Source: Candidatus Ozemobacteraceae bacterium
Lineage (GTDB): Bacteria; Muiribacteriota; Ozemobacteria; Ozemobacterales; Ozemobacteraceae
Assembly: GCA_965140445.1 (NCBI GenBank)
Contig: OZ223236.1
Coordinates: 1,792,001 to 1,856,000, forward strand
Direction of reading: 5' to 3'
DNA length: 64,000 bases
The notes beneath the pieces are model-generated. The model saw nothing but the letters and a program-made list of their open reading frames with translations, was not told the origin of the DNA and searched no databases. Below, piece by piece: positions 45,832 to 56,050 of the stretch; positions within the stretch are counted from its first letter, which is position 1; each line of letters opens with the position of its first letter. A program made the translations under genes and the position numbers.

Positions 45832-47570
45832 AAATAATTGTGGAAGTAGCAAATACTCATGAGGGAGACATTGGGTATTTGTATAAACATATTGAGAGCT
45901 TGAACGAAGTTGGTGTAGATGCGATCAAATTCCAATACCTTATTCCGGAAGAATTTGGTGATGCTGGTAGTGAAAACTTTGTTGAGTTCACACGACTCAG
46001 AATACCACATGAAGATTTTGAAAACTTAGTTGGGAAATACAGTAACATTGCATTTTATTTTGATGTCTTTGGAAATGAATCATTGACCAGAGTGATTGAG
46101 ATTGCAAAAGTAAATTCAAACTTAAAGGGAATTAAGCTTCATGCCACCAGCTCAATGAACTTTGATTTGATATTAAAAAGTTCAAATGAAGTTGATGAGC
46201 TTTTTGTTTCAATTAGTGGTTTAACAGCTGTTGAAATTAGTGAACTGGTAAAATTTGCAACTAATAATGACATAAAAAACAAAATGATTTTAACTTATGG
46301 CGTCCAGAACTCTCCAACCTTAATTGAGGAAATAAAAATAAATAAACTTGTGGAGTTAAAAAAGATTTTTGGAATGAAGATTTGTCTAAGCGAACATCTT
46401 GATGGCGCAATAAACATGGCAAAAACTATTGTATCCTTAGCAAATATTCTTGGATTTGATTATATTGAGAAACACTCAACTTTGGATCGTGACCGGAAGT
46501 TAGATGACGATACCTCTGCATTAAATGTTGCGGAAATTGCAGAGGTTATCAAAGAGCAATCCTGTGTAAAAAGCCTTATTTCTGATAATGTTCTTACTTT
46601 GTCCCCAAAAGAACTTGAATATAGAAACAAGGTGAAATTAGCTATTTACGCAAATAAGGACATAGCTGCCGGGGAAAAATTTATTCTAAACGATTCCAGT
46701 CTATTGCTTAAGAGACAGGAGCATGCTGAAGGCAGTAACATTAACTACCTTAATCTCTATGACATTATTGGCAGAGCCGCTTCGCAAAAAATAAAAAATG
46801 GCTCTCTAATTACTTCTGAAATGGTTGAACAGAAGGTATTGTGGGTGGTTCTTATTAGAAGCGCATCTTCAAGGCTTCCAAATAAAGCTTACGCAAAAAT
46901 TGGCGAGTATCTTTGTGTAGATTTTTTGATTAAGAGATTAAAAACGTCAAAGAGAAATGAGCAAATGGTTATTTGCACTACTGATTTATCAGAAGATGAT
47001 GTAATAGAGAAAATTGCCCGGGAGAATTCAGTTGATTGCGTTAGGGGTAGCGAAAATATTTCAGAGAGATTAGAAAAGGTTTTTGCGTCTTATGAGTGTG
47101 ATGTATTTGTAAGATTAACTGGTGATAACGTTTTTGTTGATACTGATCACATAGACCAGGTTCTTCTAGAATTTGTAAATGGCAAATATGATTATTACAG
47201 ACATGAGAATGTTATTGATGGTTGTGATTTTGAAGTCGTAAATAAAAGGGCTTACGATTCACTTGGCTGCTACTTTGGCAACTTCTTTGAAAACAGTGAA
47301 TATATGACTCTATTTCTAAAAAATAGTTATTTCAGGGAAATGAACTCAAAAGCATATGACATCAATTTTGATTTCGCTGCATATAGATTTACCCTCGATT
47401 ACATTGAAGACTTAAATAATATTAGATTGATTTTTGATGCATTTAAAAGAATTGATTTCTCCTACCAGGAACTGTGTGAATTGATTGCCTCAGGGAAATC
47501 TGGGTTTATACCGTTTCAACCACCGAATAAAGCTCTTGGTGTCCAAGTGTCTAAAAAAACGTTGTTCTAG
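45828..47570 (+). CDS. Fusion: divergent NeuB-type ulosonate synthase + SAF + SpsF-like cytidylyltransferase
   Basis: EVANTHEG, AIKFQ, LSEH, IEKH; SAF-like ANKDIAAGE; then IRSASSRLPNKA, RGSE, VRLTGDN and RFTLDY.ED. Confidence 0.85.
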   Translation: MKIIVEVANTHEGDIGYLYKHIESLNEVGVDAIKFQYLIPEEFGDAGSENFVEFTRLRIPHEDFENLVGKYSNIAFYFDVFGNESLTRVIEIAKVNSNLKGIKLHATSSMNFDLILKSSNEVDELFVSISGLTAVEISELVKFATNNDIKNKMILTYGVQNSPTLIEEIKINKLVELKKIFGMKICLSEHLDGAINMAKTIVSLANILGFDYIEKHSTLDRDRKLDDDTSALNVAEIAEVIKEQSCVKSLISDNVLTLSPKELEYRNKVKLAIYANKDIAAGEKFILNDSSLLLKRQEHAEGSNINYLNLYDIIGRAASQKIKNGSLITSEMVEQKVLWVVLIRSASSRLPNKAYAKIGEYLCVDFLIKRLKTSKRNEQMVICTTDLSEDDVIEKIARENSVDCVRGSENISERLEKVFASYECDVFVRLTGDNVFVDTDHIDQVLLEFVNGKYDYYRHENVIDGCDFEVVNKRAYDSLGCYFGNFFENSEYMTLFLKNSYFREMNSKAYDINFDFAAYRFTLDYIEDLNNIRLIFDAFKRIDFSYQELCELIASGKSGFIPFQPPNKALGVQVSKKTLF

Positions 47571-47591
47571 GCAAGCATTTGCCAGGTAGAA

Positions 47592-48311
47592 ATGAAGTTG
47601 GAAAAAAATATGAGTAAAGATAAAAAAATAGTTGCAGTGATTCAGGCCAGGGTTGGTTCAACAAGGTTGCCAAATAAGGCTATGCTACACTTACACGGCT
47701 ATCCGATTATAGATTGGGTAGCAAATAGAGTTAAGTGGTCTCAGAAGTTGGATGACATCGTTTTTGCTATTCCTGACACTGAGAAGGATTTGATCATTCA
47801 GTCTTATCTGGAGAAGTCAGGAATAAAAGTTTTTGCTGGAAGCGAGTCAGACGTTCTAGGCAGAACTGTTGCGGCCAGTCGAAGTCTTGGTGCAACACAT
47901 ATTGTACGAATCTGCGCTGACAACCCCTTCATTGATGGTAAAGAAATTGATAACCTTATAGACTTTTATTTTGAACAATCCTTGGACTATGCTTATAATC
48001 ACATTCCGAGGAATAATAAATACCCAGATGGGTTGGGTGCAGAGATTGTGTCACTCCAAATTTTGGAAAAAATTGATTCCGTGGCAACTTCAAGCTCTCA
48101 GCGTGAGCACACTTTTAATTATATCTGGGAGAACCTGGAGCAATTCAAAATTGGCACTTTTGATCCTCTTGATTCAAGGCTTTGGCACCCAGAAATAAGA
48201 GTTGATATGGACAACTACTCAGATTATTTGAAATATCTTAATTTAAACGTTTCAATTGATGTTTCGGCATTAGAGCTAATTAAACTATTAACCGCTGGAG
48301 AAGAAAAATGA
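47592..48311 (+). CDS. SpsF-like cytidylyltransferase
   Basis: IQARVGSTRLPNK, GSESDVLGR, VRICADNPF, YPDGLGAE and REH motifs. Confidence 0.9.
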   Translation: MKLEKNMSKDKKIVAVIQARVGSTRLPNKAMLHLHGYPIIDWVANRVKWSQKLDDIVFAIPDTEKDLIIQSYLEKSGIKVFAGSESDVLGRTVAASRSLGATHIVRICADNPFIDGKEIDNLIDFYFEQSLDYAYNHIPRNNKYPDGLGAEIVSLQILEKIDSVATSSSQREHTFNYIWENLEQFKIGTFDPLDSRLWHPEIRVDMDNYSDYLKYLNLNVSIDVSALELIKLLTAGEEK

Positions 48312-49369
48312 AGATTCTTGATTTGTTCCAAAATCCTTCTAAAAAAGCTGTAGGAAGACTTTCTCGCCCATATATTATTGCAGAGGCTGGAGTAAATCAT
48401 GAAGGAAGTATGGATCTTGCCAGGCGCTTAATTGATGAAGCAGCTGAGGGTGGAGCCAATGCTATAAAGTTTCAGACTTACAAAGCTAGTACAATCGCTT
48501 CGAAAGATTCTCCCTATTATTGGGATATCACTAAAGAACCCACCAAAAGCCAATTCGAACTGTTTCAAAAATACGATAAGTTCTGGAAAAGTGAATTTGA
48601 AGAACTAAAAAAGTATTGCGATAAAGTCGGAATTGAATTTATGAGCACACCTTTTGATGTGGAATCAGCAATTTTCCTAAATGACATGATGGATGTTTTT
48701 AAGATCTCCTCATCTGACATAACAAACAAACCATTTATAGAATTCATGTGTGATTTTAATAAACCAATAATTCTTTCTACGGGAGCTTCTTACATGTGGG
48801 AAGTTCAGGAAGCTGTAGAGTGGATTGAAAATAAAGGGAACTCTCTTGCTTTGCTTCATTGCGTTTTAAATTACCCAACGCCAGACGAAAATGCAAATCT
48901 TGGGATGATCTCAACGCTGCGAAACGCTTTTCCTGAAAATATCATTGGTTATTCTGATCATACTTTACCCGGAGATATGCACGTATTAGAAGTGGCAACA
49001 ACCTTGGGAGCCCAAATTCTTGAAAAGCATTTTTCTCATGATAAGTCTCTGCCAGGCAATGATCATTATCATGCTATGGACAAGGAAGATTTGAAAAAAT
49101 TTCATATCAGGCTTGATTATTTGGAAAAAGTATTTGGAACTTCAAAATTTGGAGCGCTTCCTGATGAAGAGAAAGCAAGAAAAAATGCCAGAAGGAGCTT
49201 GGTAGCAGCAAGGGATATTCCACAGGGAAAGACTATAGATTTTGCCGATCTAACTTTTAAACGACCTGCATCTGGCATTAGTCCAAGATGTATAGATGAA
49301 GTAATTGGAAAAGTTGCTGAAAAAAATATTGGTGAAGATGAAGTGATGAAATGGAATTTTCTTAGCTAA
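48308..49369 (+). CDS. N-acetylneuraminate synthase family (NeuB/SpsE) ulosonate synthase with SAF domain
   Basis: IIAEAGVNHEG, AIKFQTY, STPFD, KISSSD, LSTGAS, LLHC..NYPT, GYSDHT, EKHF, GNDH and ARRSLVA motifs. Confidence 0.95.
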   Translation: MKILDLFQNPSKKAVGRLSRPYIIAEAGVNHEGSMDLARRLIDEAAEGGANAIKFQTYKASTIASKDSPYYWDITKEPTKSQFELFQKYDKFWKSEFEELKKYCDKVGIEFMSTPFDVESAIFLNDMMDVFKISSSDITNKPFIEFMCDFNKPIILSTGASYMWEVQEAVEWIENKGNSLALLHCVLNYPTPDENANLGMISTLRNAFPENIIGYSDHTLPGDMHVLEVATTLGAQILEKHFSHDKSLPGNDHYHAMDKEDLKKFHIRLDYLEKVFGTSKFGALPDEEKARKNARRSLVAARDIPQGKTIDFADLTFKRPASGISPRCIDEVIGKVAEKNIGEDEVMKWNFLS

Positions 49370-51061
49370 TTGATTATGACTAAGATTCTATTTGTAGATA
49401 TAAAGGGAAGGGCTGATGAAGAAGTTGTTCTAGAAAAAATAGCTGAGATTTCTCCAGATGAAATTGTTTCTCTATCTCCTTTTGCTGTTTATCTATTGGA
49501 ACGAAACAATTTGAAATTCAGTAGTCTTCACGACTTTCTTTCTGTTCAGGAATTCAGGGACAAAATACTGGTTTTATACTCTCAAATGAGAGAGCTGATA
49601 GAGAGTATTTTCTCGGAAGCAAATCTTGGTTTTGGTTTGATGTTTGATTTGTGCCGCGTAGTAAATTACTTTTTTGCTATGAATCAAATCGAGATCATCG
49701 CGGGGAAAAAAGAGGCAATATATTTGACGGATATTTGCGTCAAAAAAGAGTTGTCTGACCATTCTGACATTCAAAAGTTGCTTTCGAATCAGATTCTTGT
49801 CATTCCGAAGGGATTTAAGTTAATTCAGCTTGAGCCACCGACTATTTTTTGGCAGGAGCTTCAAAAGCTTTTCTTTAAGTTGAAAACAATTAGCTCTTTT
49901 GGGCATCTTAAAAAGATTGTTGCAAGACGAACGCAGAATTTTCAGAATATTGATGCTTTGCTGAAGTATGATTGGTCCGAATTGGTTAAGCTTTTGCAAG
50001 ATATTGATCAAAAAGTCTCTTCAAAGTCAATGAAACCTGAAAAGTTAGTACTTTTCAAAAATGGTTGGAATCAAAAGCTTGAAGAGTTCTCCAAGAATGT
50101 TTGGCCTCACAATTATGAAATTGTGACTCTCGCATTGAAGGCTGAATTCGTAAATTATGAAAAAGTGTTTTCAAGTTTTGATTCCTTATCATCTGCTGCG
50201 AACTTTTTTGTGTTTGCAGATAATGGAAATACTTTTTTGAAGGCTCAAATGTGTAAGCACTTAGGGGTTGAAAGCTTTTTCTTTCAGCATGGCAGCTATC
50301 TCTACAGAAATGTTTTTATTGAATTTTCTGAAGTAATTCCAGCTACCTTTAATTTTGTTATAAACGATTTTACTCATAATTATTTTGAGAGCATGGGGGC
50401 AAAAGATATTGTTACAGTTGGTTCTAAGGCTCATTGTTACGAGATAGTCGAAAAGCCTAAGGAATATGATTTTGTTTATATAACTCAAGGACATGATTAT
50501 TATGGGAAGTCTTTATATGTAGATTTTCCAGATTCAACCCATTCTTTTGATGGATATGAGCTTTATAAGCGACATGAAGCTCTGGTAAAACTATTTGGAC
50601 AAAAGCATCCTGATAAAAAAATCTGCATTAGAATGCACCCTGTTGTAAAAGGTGACGGCTATTATGTTCCAATGGATGAGCTGGCTGAAAAGTTTCCCAA
50701 TGTAAAAATTGATTTTAGTACACCTATAAAAACTCTTGTTGAAACATCTAAGAGTATTATTAGCGACTATTTTACAACTGAGTTTTTGAATTTCAATATA
50801 CATTTCGCCCGAGATATTATTTTGTTCAGTGGATCGCCTACACCTATTCCTAATGATTTAAGAGAAGATATTGGAAAAATGTTTCTTTGCTGTGATAATC
50901 TTTCGGAGCTAGCTTCTATTCTTGATGATTTTGAAAAAATTGTTGCTGAAAGAGTCAAGGAGCAAAAAATCATTGAGTTTTATTCTTCTAAAAAGCTTGA
51001 TACAGAGAGTCTTGTAAGGCGATCAGTTTCCGAAAAACTAAAGATTGGTTTAAATTCGTGA
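49370..51061 (+). CDS. Hypothetical polysaccharide biosynthesis protein, GT-B-like C-terminus
   Basis: FFQHGSY and CIRMHP motifs seen in capsule/ulosonate transferase-like proteins; coupled to the flippase gene. Confidence 0.6.
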   Translation: MIMTKILFVDIKGRADEEVVLEKIAEISPDEIVSLSPFAVYLLERNNLKFSSLHDFLSVQEFRDKILVLYSQMRELIESIFSEANLGFGLMFDLCRVVNYFFAMNQIEIIAGKKEAIYLTDICVKKELSDHSDIQKLLSNQILVIPKGFKLIQLEPPTIFWQELQKLFFKLKTISSFGHLKKIVARRTQNFQNIDALLKYDWSELVKLLQDIDQKVSSKSMKPEKLVLFKNGWNQKLEEFSKNVWPHNYEIVTLALKAEFVNYEKVFSSFDSLSSAANFFVFADNGNTFLKAQMCKHLGVESFFFQHGSYLYRNVFIEFSEVIPATFNFVINDFTHNYFESMGAKDIVTVGSKAHCYEIVEKPKEYDFVYITQGHDYYGKSLYVDFPDSTHSFDGYELYKRHEALVKLFGQKHPDKKICIRMHPVVKGDGYYVPMDELAEKFPNVKIDFSTPIKTLVETSKSIISDYFTTEFLNFNIHFARDIILFSGSPTPIPNDLREDIGKMFLCCDNLSELASILDDFEKIVAERVKEQKIIEFYSSKKLDTESLVRRSVSEKLKIGLNS

Positions 51062-52578
51062 CCCAGGAAGCTTCACTAAAGAAACGCTATTTACTTAAGC
51101 TAATTGCAAACATAATAAATGGATTGGTTAACATTGTAATTGTCGCAGTTGTTCCCTCAGCGTTGGGCTCTATTAGTTATGGAGTTTTTACATATTTACA
51201 GCGATTTTTTACTCAGTTTGCCGGTTTTATGGATGCTGGGACTTCTATTGCCTTTTTTACCAAGTTGTCAGCTCAACCTTCTCGAAAGGAATTACTGAGT
51301 TTTTATAGCTTGTATTCTATTGGTGTTCTCCTATTCATGGGGATATCAATTTATTTGATAAACTTTTTTGGTTTTGAAGAGACCATTTTACCTGGAATTC
51401 CTCATGAATTTGTTTATCATGGCTTATTTTTTGGATTTCTATTTTGGTTAAGTCAAAATTTTATCAGAGTTTCTGATGCTTATGCCTTAACGGTCTCAAT
51501 TGAAATTGCCAAAATTGTCCAAAAATTGTCAGCTCTCGCTCTCTTAGGGGTAATAATAAAGTTTGTTGGTCTTGATCTAAAGAGCTATTACTATTTTCAA
51601 TATTTAACACTTCTTATTTTCTTTATCTTAGCTCTGGCTGTTTTCGCCAAGAAGAAAATTTGCAGTATTGGAGAGCTTTTCAAAAGATTTAGTTTCCTGA
51701 AAATTTCAAAAGAGTTTTTTTCGTATGTTTCACCACTATTTGTCTATAATCTTGTAAGCCTCGTGGCTTGTACAATTGACCTGTGGGTTTTACAGAAGGT
51801 TAATGGATCTAGCGAAACTGGCTTTTATGGGCTTGCATTTCAGATTGCTGCGATGTGCTTTTTGTTTACAAGCGCAATGACTCCAGTTATTACAAGAGAG
51901 TTTTCAAAGCATTTCGAGGAAAACAGAATAGATGAAATACAGCGGTTGTACTACCGATATATTCCAATGCTATATGCAATTGCAGCATATTTTGGAGTAT
52001 TTATTTCTATTCAAGCAAAAAATCTGATTTTCATTTTTGCTGATGCCAACTTTCTTCCTGCCTTTTATCCACTAATAATTATGGGATTTTATCCGATTCA
52101 CCAGACCTACGGCCAGCTGAGTGGGGCAATTTTCTATTCTACTGGAAAAACAAGAAAATATAGAGATATTGGCGTGATAACTATGCTAATTGGATTGTTA
52201 CTTACCTATATATTTATGGTGCATTTTAAGCTTGGGGCTTCTGGATTGGCTTTAAAAATGGTTTTAACCCAACTGTTGTCTGTAAATATAATGCTTTACT
52301 ATAATTGCAGGGATTTAGATTTGAAGCACCGGTTTTTTTTAAAACATCAGGTTGGAGCTGTGATTTTCTTCTTGTTAATGGGAATTCTTTCGGCCAGAGA
52401 TTTTCATCTATCTCCAACGCTAAATTTTATTGCCTCTGGAATGCTATATTCATTCCTTGTAATGGTTATAGCAGGACGTTTTTTTCCATCTGTTTTTTCT
52501 TTGAGTAAAGATGAAATTGTGATATACACGCAAAAAATATTCGCTTTCCTAAAGAAAAGATTTAGAATTAACGAGTAA
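51058..52578 (+). CDS. Oligosaccharide flippase (Wzx/MOP family)
   Basis: About 12-14 TM segments; LG...YG, D...L......GFYGLA and LGASGLA motifs. Confidence 0.88.
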   Translation: MTQEASLKKRYLLKLIANIINGLVNIVIVAVVPSALGSISYGVFTYLQRFFTQFAGFMDAGTSIAFFTKLSAQPSRKELLSFYSLYSIGVLLFMGISIYLINFFGFEETILPGIPHEFVYHGLFFGFLFWLSQNFIRVSDAYALTVSIEIAKIVQKLSALALLGVIIKFVGLDLKSYYYFQYLTLLIFFILALAVFAKKKICSIGELFKRFSFLKISKEFFSYVSPLFVYNLVSLVACTIDLWVLQKVNGSSETGFYGLAFQIAAMCFLFTSAMTPVITREFSKHFEENRIDEIQRLYYRYIPMLYAIAAYFGVFISIQAKNLIFIFADANFLPAFYPLIIMGFYPIHQTYGQLSGAIFYSTGKTRKYRDIGVITMLIGLLLTYIFMVHFKLGASGLALKMVLTQLLSVNIMLYYNCRDLDLKHRFFLKHQVGAVIFFLLMGILSARDFHLSPTLNFIASGMLYSFLVMVIAGRFFPSVFSLSKDEIVIYTQKIFAFLKKRFRINE

Positions 52579-52603
52579 CAAATTGATTTGGTTGGAGGAC
52601 TAA

Positions 52604-53359
52604 GTGTCGCTAAAGAAAAAATTGCAGAATAATCAGTTAACAATAGGTTCATGGGTTACAATTGGCCATGTAAATGTTGTTGAAATTCTTGCTACGGCTG
52701 GTTTTGAATGGCTAGTGGTAGATATGGAGCATACATCAATTGATTTAACAACCGCACAAATTCTTATTTCAACAATTCAGGCAAATGGTATGTCTGCTTT
52801 GGTTAGGGTTAGCAAGAATGAAGAGGTTATTATTAAGCGCGTTCTAGATATGGGGGCAGATGGAGTTATTGTTCCCATGGTGAATTCAGGGGAAGATGCT
52901 CAAAGAGCTGTTGAATTTGTAAAGTATCCACCCATTGGAAAGCGTGGAGTAGGACTGTATCGAGCTCAGAAATATGGTTTAGGATTTGAAGAATATAAAA
53001 AGAGAGTCGATGAAGAAATCGTACTTATTGCTCAAATTGAGCATAAAGACGCGGTTGAAAATATTAATGATATTATTGGAACTGACGGAATTGATGGAAC
53101 AATTATTGGGCCTTATGATTTGTCTGGGTCAATGGGAGTTCCCGGTGAATATCACCTGCCAATGGTTCAAGACGCCTTAGCAAAGGTGGTAGCAGCCTGC
53201 AAAGAAAAGAAATTCCCATTAGGATTTCATGTAATTCAATCAAGTTCTGAAAAAATGGATGAAAAGATTGCTGAAGGGTATACTTTTCTAGCATTTAGTT
53301 TGGACTTTTTCTTCCTTGGCGACAAAGCAAGGGAAGAAATGAAAAAATTGGGTAGGTAA
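52604..53359 (+). CDS. HpcH/HpaI class II pyruvate aldolase
   Basis: WLVVDMEH, LVRV, LDMGADGVIVPMV, YPPIGKRGVG, QIE and IGPYDLSGSMG motifs. Confidence 0.95.
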   Translation: MSLKKKLQNNQLTIGSWVTIGHVNVVEILATAGFEWLVVDMEHTSIDLTTAQILISTIQANGMSALVRVSKNEEVIIKRVLDMGADGVIVPMVNSGEDAQRAVEFVKYPPIGKRGVGLYRAQKYGLGFEEYKKRVDEEIVLIAQIEHKDAVENINDIIGTDGIDGTIIGPYDLSGSMGVPGEYHLPMVQDALAKVVAACKEKKFPLGFHVIQSSSEKMDEKIAEGYTFLAFSLDFFFLGDKAREEMKKLGR

Positions 53360-53361
53360 AT

Positions 53362-54210
53362 ATGAATATTATAGCTATTATCCCAGCAAGAATGGGCTCA
53401 AGCCGTTTTCCTGGAAAGCCTATGGCAAAAATCCTTGATATGCCTATGGTTGGACATGTTTATAACAGAGTGAAAATGAGTAAATCTCTCACGGAAGTTT
53501 TTGTTGCGACCTGTGACCAGGAGATTTTTGATTACATAGAATCTATTGGTGGTAAAGCAATTATGACTGCTGATACCCATGAAAGATGTTCTGACAGATG
53601 TGCTGAAGCAATGCTTAAGGCTGAAGAACAAATGGGAAAAAAATGCGACATAATCGTAATGGTTCAGGGGGATGAGCCTTTGACCAGGCCTGAAATGGTT
53701 GATGAAGCAACCGAACCAATGATAAAAGATCCAAGTATTAAGATTACTAATCTTCTTGGGAAAATTTATTCAGTAGATGAGTTTGCTGATCCAAACGAAG
53801 TTAAAGTGGTTGTAGACAATCATTCAAATGCTCTTTATTTTTCAAGAGAGCCTGTCCCATCTGTAAAAAAGATTGGCTTAAAGGGGTTAGAAGAATTTTT
53901 AGGAAAAAAAATGAGTATTGATCAGCTCTTAAATTTTAATCCTACACTAAAAAATGATTTTAAGCCATATAAACAGGTTTGTATTATTCCTTTTCGTAGA
54001 GACTTTTTGCTGGAGTTCAATAACTTAACACCAACAGCTCTAGAAAAAATTGAATCGGTAGATATGATGAGAATTTTGGAAAGCGGAGAAAAAGTTAAGA
54101 TGATTCCCACAAAGTATGACGTTAAAGCAGTGGATACAATTCAAGATCTTGAAAAAGTTTGTGAAATTATGAAGAAAGATAGCTTGTATAAGTTATATGG
54201 TGAAAAATAA
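53362..54210 (+). CDS. KdsB-like (CMP-ulosonate) cytidylyltransferase
   Basis: IIPARMGSSRFPGKP, VATCD, DRCAEA, VQGDEP, VKVV, LYFSR and VDT..DL; about 25-aa insertion, and KQVCII in place of HIGIY. Confidence 0.9.
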   Translation: MNIIAIIPARMGSSRFPGKPMAKILDMPMVGHVYNRVKMSKSLTEVFVATCDQEIFDYIESIGGKAIMTADTHERCSDRCAEAMLKAEEQMGKKCDIIVMVQGDEPLTRPEMVDEATEPMIKDPSIKITNLLGKIYSVDEFADPNEVKVVVDNHSNALYFSREPVPSVKKIGLKGLEEFLGKKMSIDQLLNFNPTLKNDFKPYKQVCIIPFRRDFLLEFNNLTPTALEKIESVDMMRILESGEKVKMIPTKYDVKAVDTIQDLEKVCEIMKKDSLYKLYGEK

Positions 54211-55070
54211 TGGGACTAAAACATAAACTTTTATCGTTGGCTGTAGGCTGCTATTCTAGCTTATATAAAATTCTTCCCAAAGTTCTTGGCGAGAGATTGG
54301 CCTCTGAAACCAGTGAAGTTCTTCCTCCAATTTCAAAAATTGAAACAAAATATGGGACTCTTAAGCTATATAGCTTTGGAAGAGTACCTCTTTTCCGTGC
54401 AATTACTTTTCATTCCAAGGAACCAGAAACTCTAGAATGGATTGATGGAATGAAGTCTGGGGAAACTCTTTGGGATATAGGCGCAAACGTTGGAATTTAC
54501 TCAGCTTATGCGGGACTTAAGGGAATGAAAGTTTGCGCTTTTGAGCCCTCAGCTTTAAATACTTTTTTATTAGCAAAAAACATTTGTATTAATTCGCTTG
54601 GTAAAAATGTTTTGTTTTATTGTCTCGCCGTTGCTGATAAAAATGAATTCGGTTTTTTGAATATGACATCTCATGAGGCTGGCGGTGCTTTTAGTGAGTT
54701 TGCGGCAAAAGACGTCGAACTGAAGAGTCTGAACCAAAACGGCTGCGAAGTTGAGGTCATTTCTCAACAAGCAATGTTTTCTTATTCAATTGATGAGCTC
54801 GTTGAAAAATACAGTTTTGAAATTCCAAATCATATTAAGATCGATGTGGACAGCATTGAAGAAAAAATCATACTTGGTGCAGATAAAACTCTATTTAGCC
54901 CTGTTGTAAAAAGTCTTTTGGTTGAGTTGGATGAAAACGACCCTGCAACAGCTAGAATTGAAGCTTTTCTAAAAGAAAGAGGGTTTAGTTTGAGCGCTAA
55001 GAAGCATTCAGAATTGATTCAAAAAAGTAAATTTAACACAGGTTATAATTACATTTTTACAAAGGGTTAA
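54210..55070 (+). CDS. FkbM family SAM methyltransferase
   Basis: KEPETLEWI, WDIGANVGIYS, AFEP and HIKIDVD motifs. Confidence 0.93.
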   Translation: MGLKHKLLSLAVGCYSSLYKILPKVLGERLASETSEVLPPISKIETKYGTLKLYSFGRVPLFRAITFHSKEPETLEWIDGMKSGETLWDIGANVGIYSAYAGLKGMKVCAFEPSALNTFLLAKNICINSLGKNVLFYCLAVADKNEFGFLNMTSHEAGGAFSEFAAKDVELKSLNQNGCEVEVISQQAMFSYSIDELVEKYSFEIPNHIKIDVDSIEEKIILGADKTLFSPVVKSLLVELDENDPATARIEAFLKERGFSLSAKKHSELIQKSKFNTGYNYIFTKG

Positions 55071-55129
55071 AATTGTTCATTTTGTTTCAATAATAAATTA
55101 GCATGTACAATCAAATTTAAGGATTTAGT

Positions 55130-56050
55130 ATGAAATTAGCTGTGACTTCGCCTTCCTTCTCTAAGCACTCTGTCTTACAGAAGGAAGTAGATAAATACTT
55201 TCCTGGGGCAAGATTAAACACCTCTGGAGAGAGATTATCTGGAGATTCTTTAGTAAAATTTGTTGGAGATGCAGATGCACTTATTGTTGGCTTGGAAATC
55301 GTTGATGCTTCTTTCCTAGATCAATGTAAGAATTTAAAAATGGTCTCCAAATATGGAGTTGGGCTGGATAATATTGCAGTTAGAGAATGTGAAGCGCGTG
55401 GAATTAAAGTTGGATGGCGCGGAGGGGTTAATAAGCTTTCGGTAGCAGAAATGGCTCTTGGATTTATGCTGATGCTAGGTCGAAATCTTTTTGTCACAGC
55501 AAATCAGATAAAAAATGGTGTTTGGAATAAAACCGGTGGTTTTCAGCTAAGTGGTAAAACGGTCGGAATTATTGGTTTTGGCCATATTGGGAAGGAAGTT
55601 GCACGGCTTTTGGCTCCTTTTAATTGTGAATTGTTGGTAAATGACATTATTGATGTAAAGGAGGCTTGTATTTCTTTAAATTGCATTGAATGTACTAAAG
55701 AAGAAATCTTTATCAGGGCAGATTTTGTGACTATACATGCTCCTCTTACAGATTTAACTAGAAACCTTATAGATATTGAAACGCTAGGAAAAATGAAAAA
55801 CTCATCTTTCGTTATTAATACCGCCAGAGGAGGAATTGTAAATCAGAATGATTTGAAAAAAGCCTTAAAAGACGGTTTAATTGCGGGTGCTGCACTTGAC
55901 GTGTTCGATAATGAGCCGGAAGATGATACAGAGCTTTTTACTTTTCCAAATCTGATAGGCACCCCGCATATTGGAGGGAATGCCAGAGAAGCTGTTGAAG
56001 CAATGGGGCTTAGTGCAATAGAACATTTAAGGAAGTTTTTTAAACTATGA
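55130..56050 (+). CDS. D-2-hydroxyacid dehydrogenase (phosphoglycerate dehydrogenase-like, no ACT domain)
   Basis: GVGLDN, SVAE, GIIGFGHIG, INTARG, DVF..EP and TPHIGG motifs. Confidence 0.92.
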   Translation: MKLAVTSPSFSKHSVLQKEVDKYFPGARLNTSGERLSGDSLVKFVGDADALIVGLEIVDASFLDQCKNLKMVSKYGVGLDNIAVRECEARGIKVGWRGGVNKLSVAEMALGFMLMLGRNLFVTANQIKNGVWNKTGGFQLSGKTVGIIGFGHIGKEVARLLAPFNCELLVNDIIDVKEACISLNCIECTKEEIFIRADFVTIHAPLTDLTRNLIDIETLGKMKNSSFVINTARGGIVNQNDLKKALKDGLIAGAALDVFDNEPEDDTELFTFPNLIGTPHIGGNAREAVEAMGLSAIEHLRKFFKL

